Source: Ionaspis alba | Taxonomy: Eukaryota | DNA: 47,682 bases | Assembly (NCBI GenBank): GCA_964255285.1 | Contig: CAXUUL010000044.1 | Coordinates: forward strand, 1-47,682 | Direction: 5' to 3' | Shown here: piece by piece, positions 13,523 through 26,197 of the stretch | Layout of the letters: each line of letters opens with the position of its first letter | Numbering within the stretch: the first letter of the stretch is position 1 | Made by a program: the position numbers and the translations under genes | The notes under the pieces: model-generated | Seen by the model: only the letters and a program-made list of their open reading frames with translations | Database searches by the model: none | What the model was told of the DNA's origin: nothing

Positions 13523-13925
13523 TGTTGGGGCTCAAGCACCCGGCCAAGATGTCTTCGTGGCAGGTTTTCAAATGAGTTTCATGGGCAAGGCGCCTCGAAT
13601 TCTCGCAAAATTGAGCCACGACGGACTGATTGTAATAAAATATCCTGTGTCATTGTAGGACAACTGCTTATGGAAAGGAAAGCTTTAGATGTCACGGTTG
13701 GCACTTTTAGGATCTGATAGATGGATCTTCAGCCCTAGGATGGTGCCGGGCATCACGCTAGTGAATTAGCTCTGTTTACTTTGCTCCATGCGTCCAGCAC
13801 ATTTCCTTGACCCTCTGATCCTCCATTTCTGGTCGCTATTCTTATTGTGAGCGTTGTACTCATTGTCGTAACATCTGCGCTCGTGCTACAGCTTCTAGTG
13901 ATCTTTGACGACTAGTGCGACATTG

Positions 13926-16009
13926 ATGGAAAAAGCGCCTGCTCCAGGAGAGAGCAAATGGTAAGGACATCTCGAGGCCTCAATCACTCATAGATAATTA
14001 ACGGACGGCAAAGGCCTCTCGACGAACAGTGTTACGATTTTGAGCCTTACACAACCGGGCGTAGACCGCGAGCCTGGGAACGTATACCCAAAAGGCCATT
14101 CAAACCCTGCAATGCAGGCAGGAAGGTGTGGAAACGATATGCGCTGAGATCGACGGAACCAGGAAGCCATCCCGCAAACCGTGCTGCTTTACCTTGCAGT
14201 TTGACGGAGAACTCTACTCGATCCGTCAAGCGGCTTTGCCTCAATCATGTCCATATCTCTCCGAACATGAGTGCGTCGAAACAAAAGCCATCTCATTACT
14301 TCGCCACATCCCACGAGCACGCCATCGGAACACCTCGCAGTAAGTGCCTATCACTTTTAGAATGTGTTACGAGAGCTGTGATAATGATGAGGGACGCGGT
14401 AGGGAAATTTACACAGCGTCGAAGCTTGCGGTATAGCATGCCTGTTGACCAGACTCCTCCCATATCTTGCCGTTGTGGTTCGCCAGACCCGCCGGTGCCT
14501 GACTCACAAATTTGCATCGATGATGCTTTGATGAATAAAGTGCATCAGTCGGCTCCCCTCTCGAATTTCAAGCTTGAAAGGAGTCCGGAAGACCAAAGAA
14601 ATAGTCGATCACCATCAAGGAGTACTCTAGAAGTCGATGCACATCAAGGTACTTTCTCGGCACCCACATTGCCGCCTATACGAGATAAGGAGAGGGCATC
14701 TTTTGAACGACCGCCTCTAGAATCTGAACAGTCCCCAATAGCTGAGATTCATTGCAAGGGTCCAGGACCGGCAACACCGGCAACGAACCCCAATCCCCAG
14801 GATGATAGAACCAGAATGGACGGTGGCGTCAACAGTGCGAAAGATAAAGTCACGACACGTTGCTCGGGGCGTGTATCGAAGCAAAGGAATGCAACAGGAA
14901 TTACGATCGATGGCAGTTGCATTTCTAAGGAAGGTTGCCAAGCGCACATATATATCGGTGTTCCTCATGCGGGACCCGCCAGCATATGTACAGTTTTGCG
15001 CGTCCAACATGACAGTCAGCTCGAGTCTAGTAACCCAGAAGCCTCGAAACAGCGTGAGCCTTCCGATACCCAGTTGGATCCCTTTAGTACTGCACCCCAC
15101 TCGTCAGACACTAGCCCCCGACCAAATCAGCTCCATAAAGCTCCGTGGGCTAGAGTCGATGAAGTTATTACAGAAGAAAACCCAGTGTCTTCTCCGAAGA
15201 GGCATAAACATCCGTCAGGGCGGACAAGATCAAGTACCCGCTTCAGCGATGATACCACTATGCTCAAGGATTTTCTCCATCGAGCACAAGCTAGGAAAGC
15301 AGCTTCGTTAAGCAACTCATCAGCCTCACCTTATAGCTTTAGGTTACCAAGACGTTCTCCGCGCAGAGTTCTCGGCCGGCTTGACAATAATTTCCCTTCT
15401 CCGACAAAAGTCCAGGGGACTGTAGACTGTCCCAGTGCCACATCGAGCCGATCAGAGCTCGATATGACGATTGGCATTGATGACGGCCAGAACGAGTTAT
15501 CTACAGGACCCCCGTGTAGGCGCAAGAGCAGCAGAAAGTGCTTACCTGCACCTACCAAATCGTCACCAGTTGCGCCAAGCTTCATACCAGTTAGAAGACT
15601 AGACCGCGGGGATCCTGTCAAGCTACAGAAGTCAGAAGCCCAAGAATTGGCAATCATCACCCGCACGAATACGCGACGTAACAAAGGTCAATCGAAGTTC
15701 CCGAAGCTAACGCTGGAGACTTTGGGAAGCAACGAGGCGGCGGAGAGTGCTACTCCAATAGGGCAACGACGTACCAAAAGCACGAAAAGAGTCGATTGGG
15801 ACAAGAATCTGGTCCGCTTCCATTCGGAAGGCCACGATCTAGGAGAAAGGCTAGACAAGCAGGACAAGGAGGAGCAGGGATCCCGAATCAGGCGAGTGAG
15901 AAGACTGGGTGCAGTGAATGGAACGCCAGCAACCAAAAGGATGGTAGGTCTCCCATCATCCTCGAATGGAACGTCGGCGCCTAGACGGCGTGGGAGGACT
16001 CGAGCATGA
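13926..16009 (+). CDS. hypothetical disordered basic protein with SxIP and RVxF-type motifs (about 676 aa)
   Basis: Short exon 13926-13960 (ATG..TG/GTAAGG), intron 13961-14013 (TTAAC branch, AAG acceptor), then exon 14014-16009 open in the frame of the 627-aa track ORF. This adds RRPRAWER..GRKVWKRYALRS. C-terminal blocks DDTTMLKDFLHRAQARKAA and EAQELAIITRTNTRRNKG. Confidence 0.75.
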
Positions 16010-16953
16010 ACGGGGCAGCAATAATGAGCAACATCTACATTGGACAGATTCAAGTGCAAGAAAACTCATAACTTGACGTGGGAACAATGTGGGGAAATCC
16101 GGGGTAGGTGCAAATCAATTGCGGGCATGTATCTGTTCGAGTAATGTGTTGTGACATGATAGCCGCCCCTATGGCTCTTGGAAATAACGGTGAAGATTGG
16201 CGTGCAGGAATTAAGCTGTAATCTTCAGTTCGTTGTCTGAAAAACCATTGGAGATCTTGTGTTCGAAAGGCGTCGTTGGTCGAGGAAGCGAGTCATTCTG
16301 ACGCGCATCGCATATTGCATGGAATTATTCGGAGCATCATCCCCGTGTGATTACTTGTAAGTGACAAAATAGCTATCTGGTACGTTATCAACCTTCAATG
16401 TTTTTGATGTAGAGTAGTCTCAACTTGAGAAACGGTTTTCGCTCTTCCGGCCTTGGATAATGTCTTCATCATTCGTATGCCATCCATCTCCATCTCTTGG
16501 CGTAGAGGGTTTGCTTGCTCGCAAGGATGAACGATGTGTCATGGGAATGTCGGACAAGCCACGATCTTAGTCACAATTACTGTTGGAAAAGCCTCCGCCT
16601 TCAACGCGACTGGATATTGCAAAGCTTAAGTAGACTTCTTTGCCATCACGAGGCTCAGAGAACCTTTACGGCCCTGGTAAATCTGGGGTAATAAAAATCC
16701 ATCGAGACGCTCCGTCTCCATCACGTTTTCACCTCGAAGCCGCTGTGAACCGCTCCATGTGTCTTCGTCACCGCAATCCCTTCCATTCTATTACTCAATA
16801 CTCACTCTTCTCTCCATAAAAGATCGTGAGGTCCCGTTCTTTTTCGTCTCATCATAAGCCACTCTCACCCTCTGCTCGCAATCTTGTATCCAACAACTTG
16901 CGTCAGCTTTGTTCGTGGGAACCCCATCATAACCAGAACCCTCCGGAAGAGGG

Positions 16954-19094
16954 ATGAATACTTACACCGAAACAGAAGCTTGGGACTCCCCCACAAGATA
17001 CTCGGCTGCAGACTTCCATAGGCTCACCAATCGTCGAACGTCATCTCCTCCCTCTCCACAATCTCGGACGCATGCCGATGTCAATGCAGCAGAACGCACC
17101 AACATTTCCCGGCATGTTACTCGTACTGCCGACAAGCGCTCCATCTCCTCTAGACGAACGTCTGTGGGCGATATCCAGGGGCGACTGTCCAATACTAAAG
17201 CGCGTCAGAACTCGTACTCTTCCGTGAAGGAGGATGGTTGCGGTAAGCTACAGCACATCGTTCATGAGTCTTGTCCATTCGACTCCAAAAGTGACTAATT
17301 CAGCCACAATGAAACCAGGCACCGCTCAGTCCTTTTTCGAAACATCCATTCAGAGTCGCGAATCTCCAGTACAGCCGGAAAATGACGCTATTCCTGCTCT
17401 GACCGTCGCCGACAGTTGCAATTGTTGCTGCAGGTGTGGAAGGATTAGAGAATGGAGGCCAAGCGGCGCCAGAGGAAAGAGAAGAAGTCGAAGCTATAGC
17501 CCACTACGAACGAGCGTGTTTGAAGTCACTGGATGGTCTCTTGACTTTCCGTCCTATCAGCAGAATTCACTTCACGATGGGCAGCCTGAGTTTGCGGCCG
17601 GTGAAGCACCGCTGGAAAGGTTACCCGTTGAAATACTAGGTAGGCATTGTTCCTCCAACTCCATCCATGCTTATACTAATAGATATCACAGACAAGATCA
17701 TTTCTCAATTGGCTTTGGACATTCCTCCGGCAGAATATACACCTCGCAATGTGGACCTAGTGTCCTGCCTCCTAACGTCTCGAACGATTCATGCTGCGAC
17801 GATCACAACTCTCTATAGTCATGTAACGATCCCTCATTCGTTGATCTTCTCGAAATTCCTCGAACACATTTCTCAATATCCGGCTTTAGGTCACATTATC
17901 AAGAGGCTCGATCTGTCGCATTTCACATCAGTAGGCATGGGCCGAACCCGTCAATCGAATTCCGAGATTCAAAACATGACTTCCAAGACCCTCCTCAAGT
18001 GTCTCGACTTGCTACCAAGGGTTCAAGAGTTGCTACTTCAGGAACATCTTGACGATGACATGGATGAGTCCGTACTACACAAGATCTTTTTTGATCTTCC
18101 AAATCTCCGAGCACTAGACTTTTGCGCTTCATCATCCTCCTCCTTCGTGAATGCCTTCACAGGCGCGATGGCAGGTATTGCTTCGCGCAATCTGGTCTCT
18201 ATGGATAGTTTGCGACGACTGAGTCTGCACGAATGTTTCACATTGCCCAGTCCTGGATTGGAATTGCTTCTATCCCGGCTTCCTCGACTCACTCACCTAG
18301 ATTTATTTCACACCAGAATTACAGACAGAGCTTTGATGGCCATTCCACAAACTGCCGTTTTGACGCATATTAACCTCGGACGATGCGCACAGATTACTGG
18401 GCCAGGAGTCGTCGATTTCCTCACACTTCATCCTGCCGCGAGTGGAGTGGTCTACCTTAATCTGTCATGCGATGTATCTCGGTACCGTCTTTTGTGGGAA
18501 CACGATCTTGACAGACTGCTCCCCTCCCTTCCGTCGTCTCTACGGTCCCTCAACCTAAATGGAGCAAAACTCCAGGCCCGCCATGTCACAATTCTCTTGC
18601 CTCTGACGAAACATCTCGAGGAACTTGGCCTCGGATTCGCTGAGCTGTCGATGAATGACATCAACTCGATGTTCATCCCTTCGCAACCAAAAGATCCCGA
18701 GTGCACCCGACCGAACAATGAGGAGGCGTGGATCTCGTCTAATCTACATTATCTCGACCTCACCGGTGTCGTCTCAATATCTGCGACTACCTTGTTCAAC
18801 AAATCCAACACACTTCTCGGTCCTGCATCACATCCTTTGGAAGTCATCGAGGTTGGCGACAAGGTGATCTCGGGCCTCCGGGAGAGTAGGAATGCCAGTA
18901 AAAGCCGGGGTTGGGTGGTCAAGGAGCTCGGCAGGAGAGCTTGGTACGTCAGAGAACCCGTCGAGAACGAGCAAGCGATGATGCGGCAGCGAAGAGATTG
19001 GAAGATGGGAGCGATGTGGTGGGGTATGAGGAAGATTCCGATGGCATTCGGGGAAGTAGGGGGATTGTATGGCCATTACATGTTCAAAAAGTGA
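16954..19094 (+). CDS. F-box and leucine-rich-repeat protein, yeast YLR352W-like (about 675 aa)
   Basis: Exons 16954-17242, 17304-17639, 17692-19094 join in frame. F-box-like PLERLPVEILDKIISQL spans intron 2. Repeated LRR units (IKRLDLSHF, LRALDFC, LRRLSLHEC, LTHLDLFHT, LTHINLGRC, LRSLNLNG). Confidence 0.88.
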
Positions 19095-19646
19095 AGCGTT
19101 CGGCGGGAGTTCCGTGCATTTCTGGAGATCTGGGTAATCTGTAAGAGTATCGTTTTAAAAGTTAGGACGAATAATTCATGAGCAGGAACGGTTGGCGAGC
19201 TACAGTACAGTCTTTTTTTTAAGGCGACCGACTGCGCTTTAGTTTCTTATACATCACAACAATTTATAATAGTTAAATGTGTCACTATGGTACAGTGAAG
19301 TGGATCTCGGCGTGCTCACTTGATTCTTCCTTGATGAGATTGAGTCTGATCAACCGTGCTAAGCCACTCCGGTTCTGCTTCAAGGCCGCGTATGATCAGC
19401 TTCAGCCCTATCAACGGATTTCCAGAAATAAATTGCTCGTTCACAACAAGAAACCAGAATATCACTACCTGTTCCCCAGCCAGTCTTTTCATCTGACTCC
19501 TGTCCAGACGTGGCAAAATGCTTGTGCAACTCAAATCCTGCTATCACGAACCTATGACTCCGCAAAGGCTCAACCTTTAAACCGCTCGTTCACTACCATA
19601 AATATTTCTGCCATTCCTAGGACTTTCCTCACTCCGCAATCTCGAA

Positions 19647-20837
19647 ATGCCTTCCATGCACCTTTCTCAGATACGCAAATGGATACTTCAGTCACCCCCA
19701 GCCGAGTGGGCTATTCTCCAGCTACGCGAGCTGCTCGTGGGAGCTCTACGTCAAGGTCCTATACCCCAACATGTGGCCTTCGTGATGGACGGGAACAGGC
19801 GCTTTGCAAGAAATCACCAGATCGAAACAGTCGAGGGGCATAACCTTGGCTTTGAGGCTTTGGCTCGAGTAAGACTATCACCAACAGCTGAGCAGGACAT
19901 TGCTAACAATATCTTCCGCGATCAGGTGCTCGAGGTCTGCTACAAATCGGGTGTCCGGGTCGTCACAATATACGCCTTCAGCATCGAGAATTTCAAGCGC
20001 TCCCGCTACGAAGTCGACGCCCTGATGTCCCTTGCAAAGCTCAAACTAACCCAACTTGCCCAACATGGGGACCTCCTTTCCCGTTATGGGGCGCGGATAC
20101 AGATTCTTGGTCAACGCTCCCTCGTCGCACCTGACGTACTTGAGGCGATCGATCGAGCCGTCGACCTGACAAAGGGCAACGGCGATGCAATATTGAACGT
20201 ATGCTTCCCGTACACCAGCCGCGACGAGATCACTACAGCTGTACGCAAATGCGTGGAGGATTGGTCGCGACCTAACGTAGCCTGGAAGGGCCAAAGAGGA
20301 TTCTCAGAAGTACACATATCTCACAACATTCGTGCAAGGCACTTGTCCACAGCCGCGGCGAGGATTCGGGCGCATTCACCGTCTTCTGCCGGAACTTCAG
20401 ATGCAGAGGATTCAGTGACTACGGCTTCATCCAGTACCTATCTACAACCCACTACACCACCCGATCTGCTGTTGCCGGAAGATGGTAAACTCGAAAAAGG
20501 TGGGCTGGAACTTGGCTCGGCGTATGCATACCCGGACCCAGAAGCTATTACAAATCATACTCTGGAAGATTATATGTTTACTGCTGGCATGCCGCCGTTG
20601 GAATTACTGGTGAGAACCTCCGGTGTGGAGAGACTCAGCGATTTCATGCTCTGGCAAGTTCACGAAGACACCGAGATTGCGTTTCTCGACTGTTTATGGC
20701 CGGAATTTGACCTCTGGACGTTTCTGCCTGTCCTGGTGGAATGGCAGTGGCGGAGGAGGAAAGATGGCTGGCGGACAGAGGAGAGGATGCTTTCGAATGG
20801 TCGAAACCGGAAGGAGCTGGCGCGTACAGGTCGATGA
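19647..20837 (+). CDS. RER2: cis-prenyltransferase (dehydrodolichyl diphosphate synthase catalytic subunit, about 377 aa)
   Basis: Motifs HVAFVMDGNRRFA, GHNLG, YAFSIENFKR, YTSRDEI, LLVRTSGVERLSDFMLWQ, LWPEF. One 57-nt intron at 19869-19925 (GTAAGA..GCTAAC..CAG). Confidence 0.95.
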   Translation: MPSMHLSQIRKWILQSPPAEWAILQLRELLVGALRQGPIPQHVAFVMDGNRRFARNHQIETVEGHNLGFEALARVRLSPTAEQDIANNIFRDQVLEVCYKSGVRVVTIYAFSIENFKRSRYEVDALMSLAKLKLTQLAQHGDLLSRYGARIQILGQRSLVAPDVLEAIDRAVDLTKGNGDAILNVCFPYTSRDEITTAVRKCVEDWSRPNVAWKGQRGFSEVHISHNIRARHLSTAAARIRAHSPSSAGTSDAEDSVTTASSSTYLQPTTPPDLLLPEDGKLEKGGLELGSAYAYPDPEAITNHTLEDYMFTAGMPPLELLVRTSGVERLSDFMLWQVHEDTEIAFLDCLWPEFDLWTFLPVLVEWQWRRRKDGWRTEERMLSNGRNRKELARTGR

Positions 20838-21791
20838 CAACAAGGAGTTTCTAGTCTTGTCTGAACACAATAACTGAGGGCTGGCCAGTTAACCATGTAG
20901 CACGTTTGACTCCTGTACATATCACAAGATACCCTTGAAAGTTGAGCCGGGCTTCGGTCAAATAATAAAAAATCGGATTTTATGCAAGCAAGAAGCTTTT
21001 CAAGCTGTTTGGCTACTAGATGGCACGGGACGATGAGAGTCCACCGTGGCAAGCACGAAGGACCCGTATATCTCGCCCCATCGAAACAAATCATACTAAC
21101 CACTATAGTGAATATAATCAAGTGGCAAGCAAGTATAAAAGCCCAGTTTCAACATAGCATCCTTTTCATTGTTACACTATAAAATACGTGCACCATTTCT
21201 CATGAGTCGACAGGATGTTCGAGCTTTCATTGCCTGCAGGTTACAGGAGAGAAGCCTCCCCTTTGCCCATATGCAAGGTCCTGGTCGTATAGTTCATGAG
21301 AAACGAATGTTAAACAAAAAGTTCGATGTAACAAACACAAACGTTGCTGCCAAACTCATATCTTAGTCCTTTCAGCTCTGGGTAGTCAGTAGATATCAGG
21401 GAGCAGGTAGGCCATGGCTCTTACACATATAGTTGTTGGCTATCCCAGTCTCGCATATGTTGGCAGCAAGCATTTAGAACTTGGGTGGACAAATATCACG
21501 AAATGGTTCTCTCAAGCTTGTTACTTCAGCTAAAACAGCACGTGCAAATCTTTGGCACATTGACAAGTCCTCCTTACAGAGATGAAGCTCGTAAATCATG
21601 AGCCTACCACAAGCTCCTCTCTCTGCAAGACTCGTCCTCTGTCAAAATCATCATATACATGATGCTGAATTCAAGCCTTCGGAGATATGCTCCTTTGATC
21701 ACCCAGCATTTCTCTCACCAGATTCATATCCTACCAGATTCCTCCAAGCTCGATCTCATGTCCCAATTCAGCGCTCCATTCAGATCCATCT

Positions 21792-22724
21792 TCATAGATG
21801 AATTTCCACAACCTCCACACCAGCATCTTCGATATCTCCAACCTCCAAACCCCCCATGGCCCCACTCATCGCGCGACGTAGCTCCTCCTGCCTAGCCTTC
21901 TCTTCGGCTTCGCCCGGGAAAGGAATCTTGACCACATGGGTGCGATACCATTTCTCGATAGTTTCATCGCTGGCGGTGAGAGGATTAGGCTCTGAGTCGG
22001 AGTCTTGGAAGAAATCGTCATCCCAGTAGTCATCACTATCGTTCATGCCACTTGCCCAACGTGCGACCTTGGAATTAGCCCTTTCCGCGAATGACTTCCT
22101 GGCCCGCCGTCCACGATGTCCCTTAGCCCTTCCTTTCCCCTTGCGCTGCGCACTTTCACCGCTGTGGTCAGCGTCGTCCTCCTCGTCACTGCTAGATGAG
22201 TCGTCGAAGTCGCCGTCCCAAGCAGAGTCATCAGGACTCTCCTTGAAAGCATTCACGAGCCGCTGGAGCCTGCTAGGTGGCGGAGAGGCACGGGTTGCAA
22301 GGGATGCAGAGGATCGGTCTCGTCTACCAAACTGTCGTCCACGGGGTTCCCAGACTTCGGCCTCTTGCGAGTGTGTTTCTAGCTCAGAGGGGAGACCGTG
22401 ATCTGGTTTCGAGGCGACTAAACGGTGCACCAAGCCCTGTTGATCATTTCCTGGATGGGAGCGAGAGGGCCCGGCGGAGGTTGAAGCTGACTGGGCGGTA
22501 CCATCGTGAACTTCGGTGTCTTTTGTCCCGCTTGGGCTGCCAGTGCGAGTAGAGGACACTGACACGTGTGGGTGTGAGCTAGACGCCTGAAGATCACCGC
22601 CATGATCAGGAGTCGATGCGGAATCATGTTTTTGATCGGTAGGACGTTGAACGAGAGACTCCGAAGTCTTTGTGGTAACAACGTCCTTGTCTGTGGGTGG
22701 GACTGAGGCGTTTGAGGACGACAT
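21792..22724 (-). CDS. hypothetical low-complexity protein (310 aa)
   Basis: ATG in AAAATGT context and a 933-nt open frame. Ser-rich N-terminus, acidic tracts (DFDDSSSSDEEDD) flanking a basic RKGKGRAKGHRGRRARK segment. No domain recognised. Confidence 0.65.
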   Translation of the reverse strand: MSSSNASVPPTDKDVVTTKTSESLVQRPTDQKHDSASTPDHGGDLQASSSHPHVSVSSTRTGSPSGTKDTEVHDGTAQSASTSAGPSRSHPGNDQQGLVHRLVASKPDHGLPSELETHSQEAEVWEPRGRQFGRRDRSSASLATRASPPPSRLQRLVNAFKESPDDSAWDGDFDDSSSSDEEDDADHSGESAQRKGKGRAKGHRGRRARKSFAERANSKVARWASGMNDSDDYWDDDFFQDSDSEPNPLTASDETIEKWYRTHVVKIPFPGEAEEKARQEELRRAMSGAMGGLEVGDIEDAGVEVVEIHL

Positions 22725-23333
22725 TTTCTACCGTTGGACTCGTAGCGGACTGAGTGGAGTTAATATGTCTGGGAGAACGATCAGGAGATGTATCAGACGG
22801 GAAGACGGACGGACAACGACACCTTTTACGTTGCGTGAATGTAGGAGGTTGTCATCAAAGTGAACTGTCCAGCCAAGAGAGGGTAGATAATTCAATTCTT
22901 TGAGCGCGAATTGGAAGCAAATCCCCGAACCTCTAACCCAATTTGGCGGTTATTGTATTCTCTGTAGCACTGGGTGCAGGGTTTGGGGCTTAATGAAAGA
23001 TCTCGCGCCGTAGGTAATGATCACAATCGCGCCGCTGAGTCGTCGACCATGATCACTAAGCGTATCATTCTTTGACCAGGGCCACTTGCATACTCTTCAG
23101 CAGACAAAGAAGGATGTGTCTCTATATCATATACGCGAAGCATTGACCCTGTAGCAAAAACCGTACATACAAAGGGGCATGTTCCTCAAATTTGCAAGCG
23201 CAGATGCCTTGAGGTATCATGAAACACAAATTTGACCCTTCGTACCTGCACGCAAATTGGGAGTTCGTAGAATCTGCAGAAAAATCGTGCTCGCAAGCTG
23301 CAAGCCTGAAGCCCGCTCCAAACCAGGCCCAAC

Positions 23334-25272
23334 TCAAAGGTCTATCAAGCTCCCTCCTCCTTGCATATGTTGCGACTGTTGATGCTGCTGCACTCCAAAC
23401 GGATTGCTGCTTACCTGACCCAAAGAACCTCCACCGAAGCCGTTGACGCCGGCAGGCCCGGTTTGAGCAGGAACCATTCTGGTCTGCTGCTGCTGTTGAC
23501 CAAGTACACCAGGATTAGATTGATGGGGAGCGCCGGTGAATTGCTGGCTGAAGAATGGGTTGTTGCCAGTATGGGAAGCATGCAATCGATTCAACCCTGC
23601 ACCGGAATTGCTAACATACGTTCCGGGTGCAGTATGTTGGGCTGGAATCCGTAGATCACCCGTATTTCCAAAGGTGTCCATGCCCTCTCCAGCAGCGAGT
23701 AAAGCATTAAGACGAGCGTGCTGGGGATTCTGTTCCTTTTGCGGGGGTGGGTTTTGTGGAGATGAGTAATTTATGACTGGATTGTTGTAGGGTGATTGAT
23801 TGCCGAAGTGAGTTGCGGTCTTCTGTTCTGCAAGTGAGCTAAGAGTTGGCGGGCTGCTTTGTTGCTGCTGCACTTGCGGCCGATTGAAGGAGGATGCGAA
23901 AGGATTGTTTGAGCCTGTCGGTGCAGGCTTTAAAGCGTCCAGTTGATTCTGAGAGTTGCTAGCCCATGGGTTGTGGGTTCCAGCAGCTGGCGAGCTGACC
24001 TGTTGTGGCTGTTGTTGAAGCTGGTGACCAAAGTCGTTCGAAGATTGAGCATATGGATTAGTCATGACGAATGCCGTCTGCTGCGGTTGAATAGTTGATT
24101 GCGGTTGAAGATAGTTTGGCTGTTGCTGATGCGGAAACTGTGAGGAGTCGAATCCAGTTTGTTGAGGCTGAAAGCTATTCTGAAAGCCTGTAGTTTGGCC
24201 CTGAAAGCCTTGCTGCGAGTAGGCATTGTTCAGGAAACCTGTGGATTGCGATTGTTGTTGTTGAGCCTGTTGATCGACAGGATTTCCAAACCAATCGACA
24301 GCCCCCTGCTGTTGGTAACCCTGGTTGTATCCTGTAAATTGAGGCTGTGTGCTGGGTGTTGGCGTGTCATCGAAGAGGGAGGACGCATTACTCTCTTCGA
24401 GCTCTCTTCTCCTTAGCTCCTCTTCCTCCTTACTGAGTCTGATTGCCTTTGCCAGATCATCATCGTCGCCATTGGTTACTTCCTTGCTCTCCCGTCGTTT
24501 CTTATCTTCTTCTGCCTCATTCATACTGGCCTCGATGGCTAATCTATACTCCAGATCCTCCTCGTCAGGCCGCTGAGCTCGCCTTTCCGGCCGGCGTCGA
24601 TGAGAGCTTGATTCGCCAGTCCCAGGGTATCCTGATCCTTGCGGGCCATATTCCTCGATACCTGTGACCCTTGATTTCCATGACTTTCGGTCAGATCGTT
24701 CGGTTCGAAGTCGTTCTTCATCCATGATCAACGAAGTGAGCTCCTTTGCAGAGACTCGCACTATGAAATGTTAGTCATAATGTGCAGCCAAACGGCTCAT
24801 TCAGGAGTACCATTTTGACCAACATCATGACCATCATCATCGATATACTGGAATTCCCTAAGTGTTTTGATGATGTAGATGTTTTTGCGTGCCCAGGAGA
24901 CCACGAGCTCCGATCCTTCGTGGAGACAGTAGTCGAGCACCTTTAATGACTTCAGGACGTGGCGCCAGTTCTTGCCCTTGTCGTTCAGTCGTTTGTCTAG
25001 CATGTCCATGATCTCGTAAAAGTCATTTGAGCTGTAGCCGTCAGCTTTGATGATATCCTAATCAGGAGACGAACTCACCCATTGAAGGTCATCTGCGCAA
25101 TCTCGCTCATCTCTGTTCCAGTAGGACCCCATGCATCGTTGCTCGTTGCTGCGACTTAGATTTAGCCATACTTGTCTTGCAGCGGAGAAGTTATTTTACC
25201 ATTTCGAACTTTGACCTGCACACTGGAGTAGCCTTTGGTGACATTTTTCACTCCTCTAATCACCTTCGACAT
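23334..25272 (-). CDS. ENT1: epsin (Ent1/Ent2-type ENTH endocytic adaptor, about 596 aa)
   Basis: Exons 25272-25200, 25148-25079, 25031-24811, 24760-23334. ENTH domain (KVRNATSNDAWGPTG..KNWRHVLKSL), two UIMs (LEYRLAIEAS, DDLAKAIRLS), QxTG repeats, three NPF motifs and C-terminal clathrin box SLIDL. Confidence 0.96.
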
Positions 25273-26197
25273 GGCGGCGATTGCAAGTGGGGTGCAACCC
25301 GAGCTTCTGTTTCTATCTCTGAATAGTTTCGCTGGGCGTCGCTGGTGGTAATTACTAAAAATAGCTGAAGTTGCGCACACTGGACTAAGTCGTGAAACTG
25401 CGTGATAGCGGCCGGCAAGCTAGTATCGAATAGTTGATATAGAGAGTGCCTGGCAAGAGAGTTTGGGGGGGAGGGGATGGTGTCAGTGGTGTACAACTCT
25501 GGGTTGGAATTCGCCGAGACTGGGATAGAAAGCTGATTGTCGAAAGTGGGATTCCTGGCACAATTGTATTGGCGCAACGACAGGAAGTGGATGGCAAGAC
25601 GTCCGGGAGAATGGTCAGAATGACTGGGAGTATAAGTGAATGGATTCTAGAGAGCTTGAATCGGGGCAAGATGACGACGAAGCCTCGCCTCTTGGCCCGC
25701 GCTGTCCGTCTTGGCGAAAGCGAAAAGTCTTGCCCACACTGCTGAAGGTGAGAAGAGGTATCCGCAGGAGAGAGACAGCACTGGGAAGCGATCTCTCGGA
25801 ATGGAACATCCACAGCCCCAAAAAACCCATGTAAGGGATCCTCGAAATGCCGAGTTGTATGGACCATATTTCGCCAATCATCTCGAAAAGGTTAATTGTC
25901 TCCTTCGTCCCAGGGCTGGGTGCAGAGCCATGAGGGGAGAATGTGTAACTATGTGATATTCTCTACTCTGCTCGTCTTAGTTCGCCATTACCCCATGCAG
26001 GCGCATGGTCAGCTCTACGGATCAATCGTTTAGCCATATATTCGAAGATCACTTCCTTGTCCTACTAGAACTCCATCTTCGACCCGTTCCAGATACCAAG
26101 TGGCTCACAGGTTGTATCTTAAGATTTTGCTGCACGAGATTTGCCATTCCCGAGGCGCTTATTCATTTCCGTACCATACAATCATCATTATCATCAG

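Noticed and set aside
19277..19843. 188-aa ORF overlapping the RER2 start
   Set aside because: Spans the intergenic region in a different frame and has no recognisable protein features.
20820..20837. C-terminal RTGR in RER2 resembling the RxG motif of Nus1 and homomeric cis-prenyltransferases
   Set aside because: It lies well beyond the usual distance from the WPEF motif in a variable tail, so it is probably coincidental.
25385..25956. Several overlapping ORFs between epsin and nudF
   Set aside because: No domains; the region looks like the pyrimidine-rich epsin promoter/leader and the nudF 3' end.
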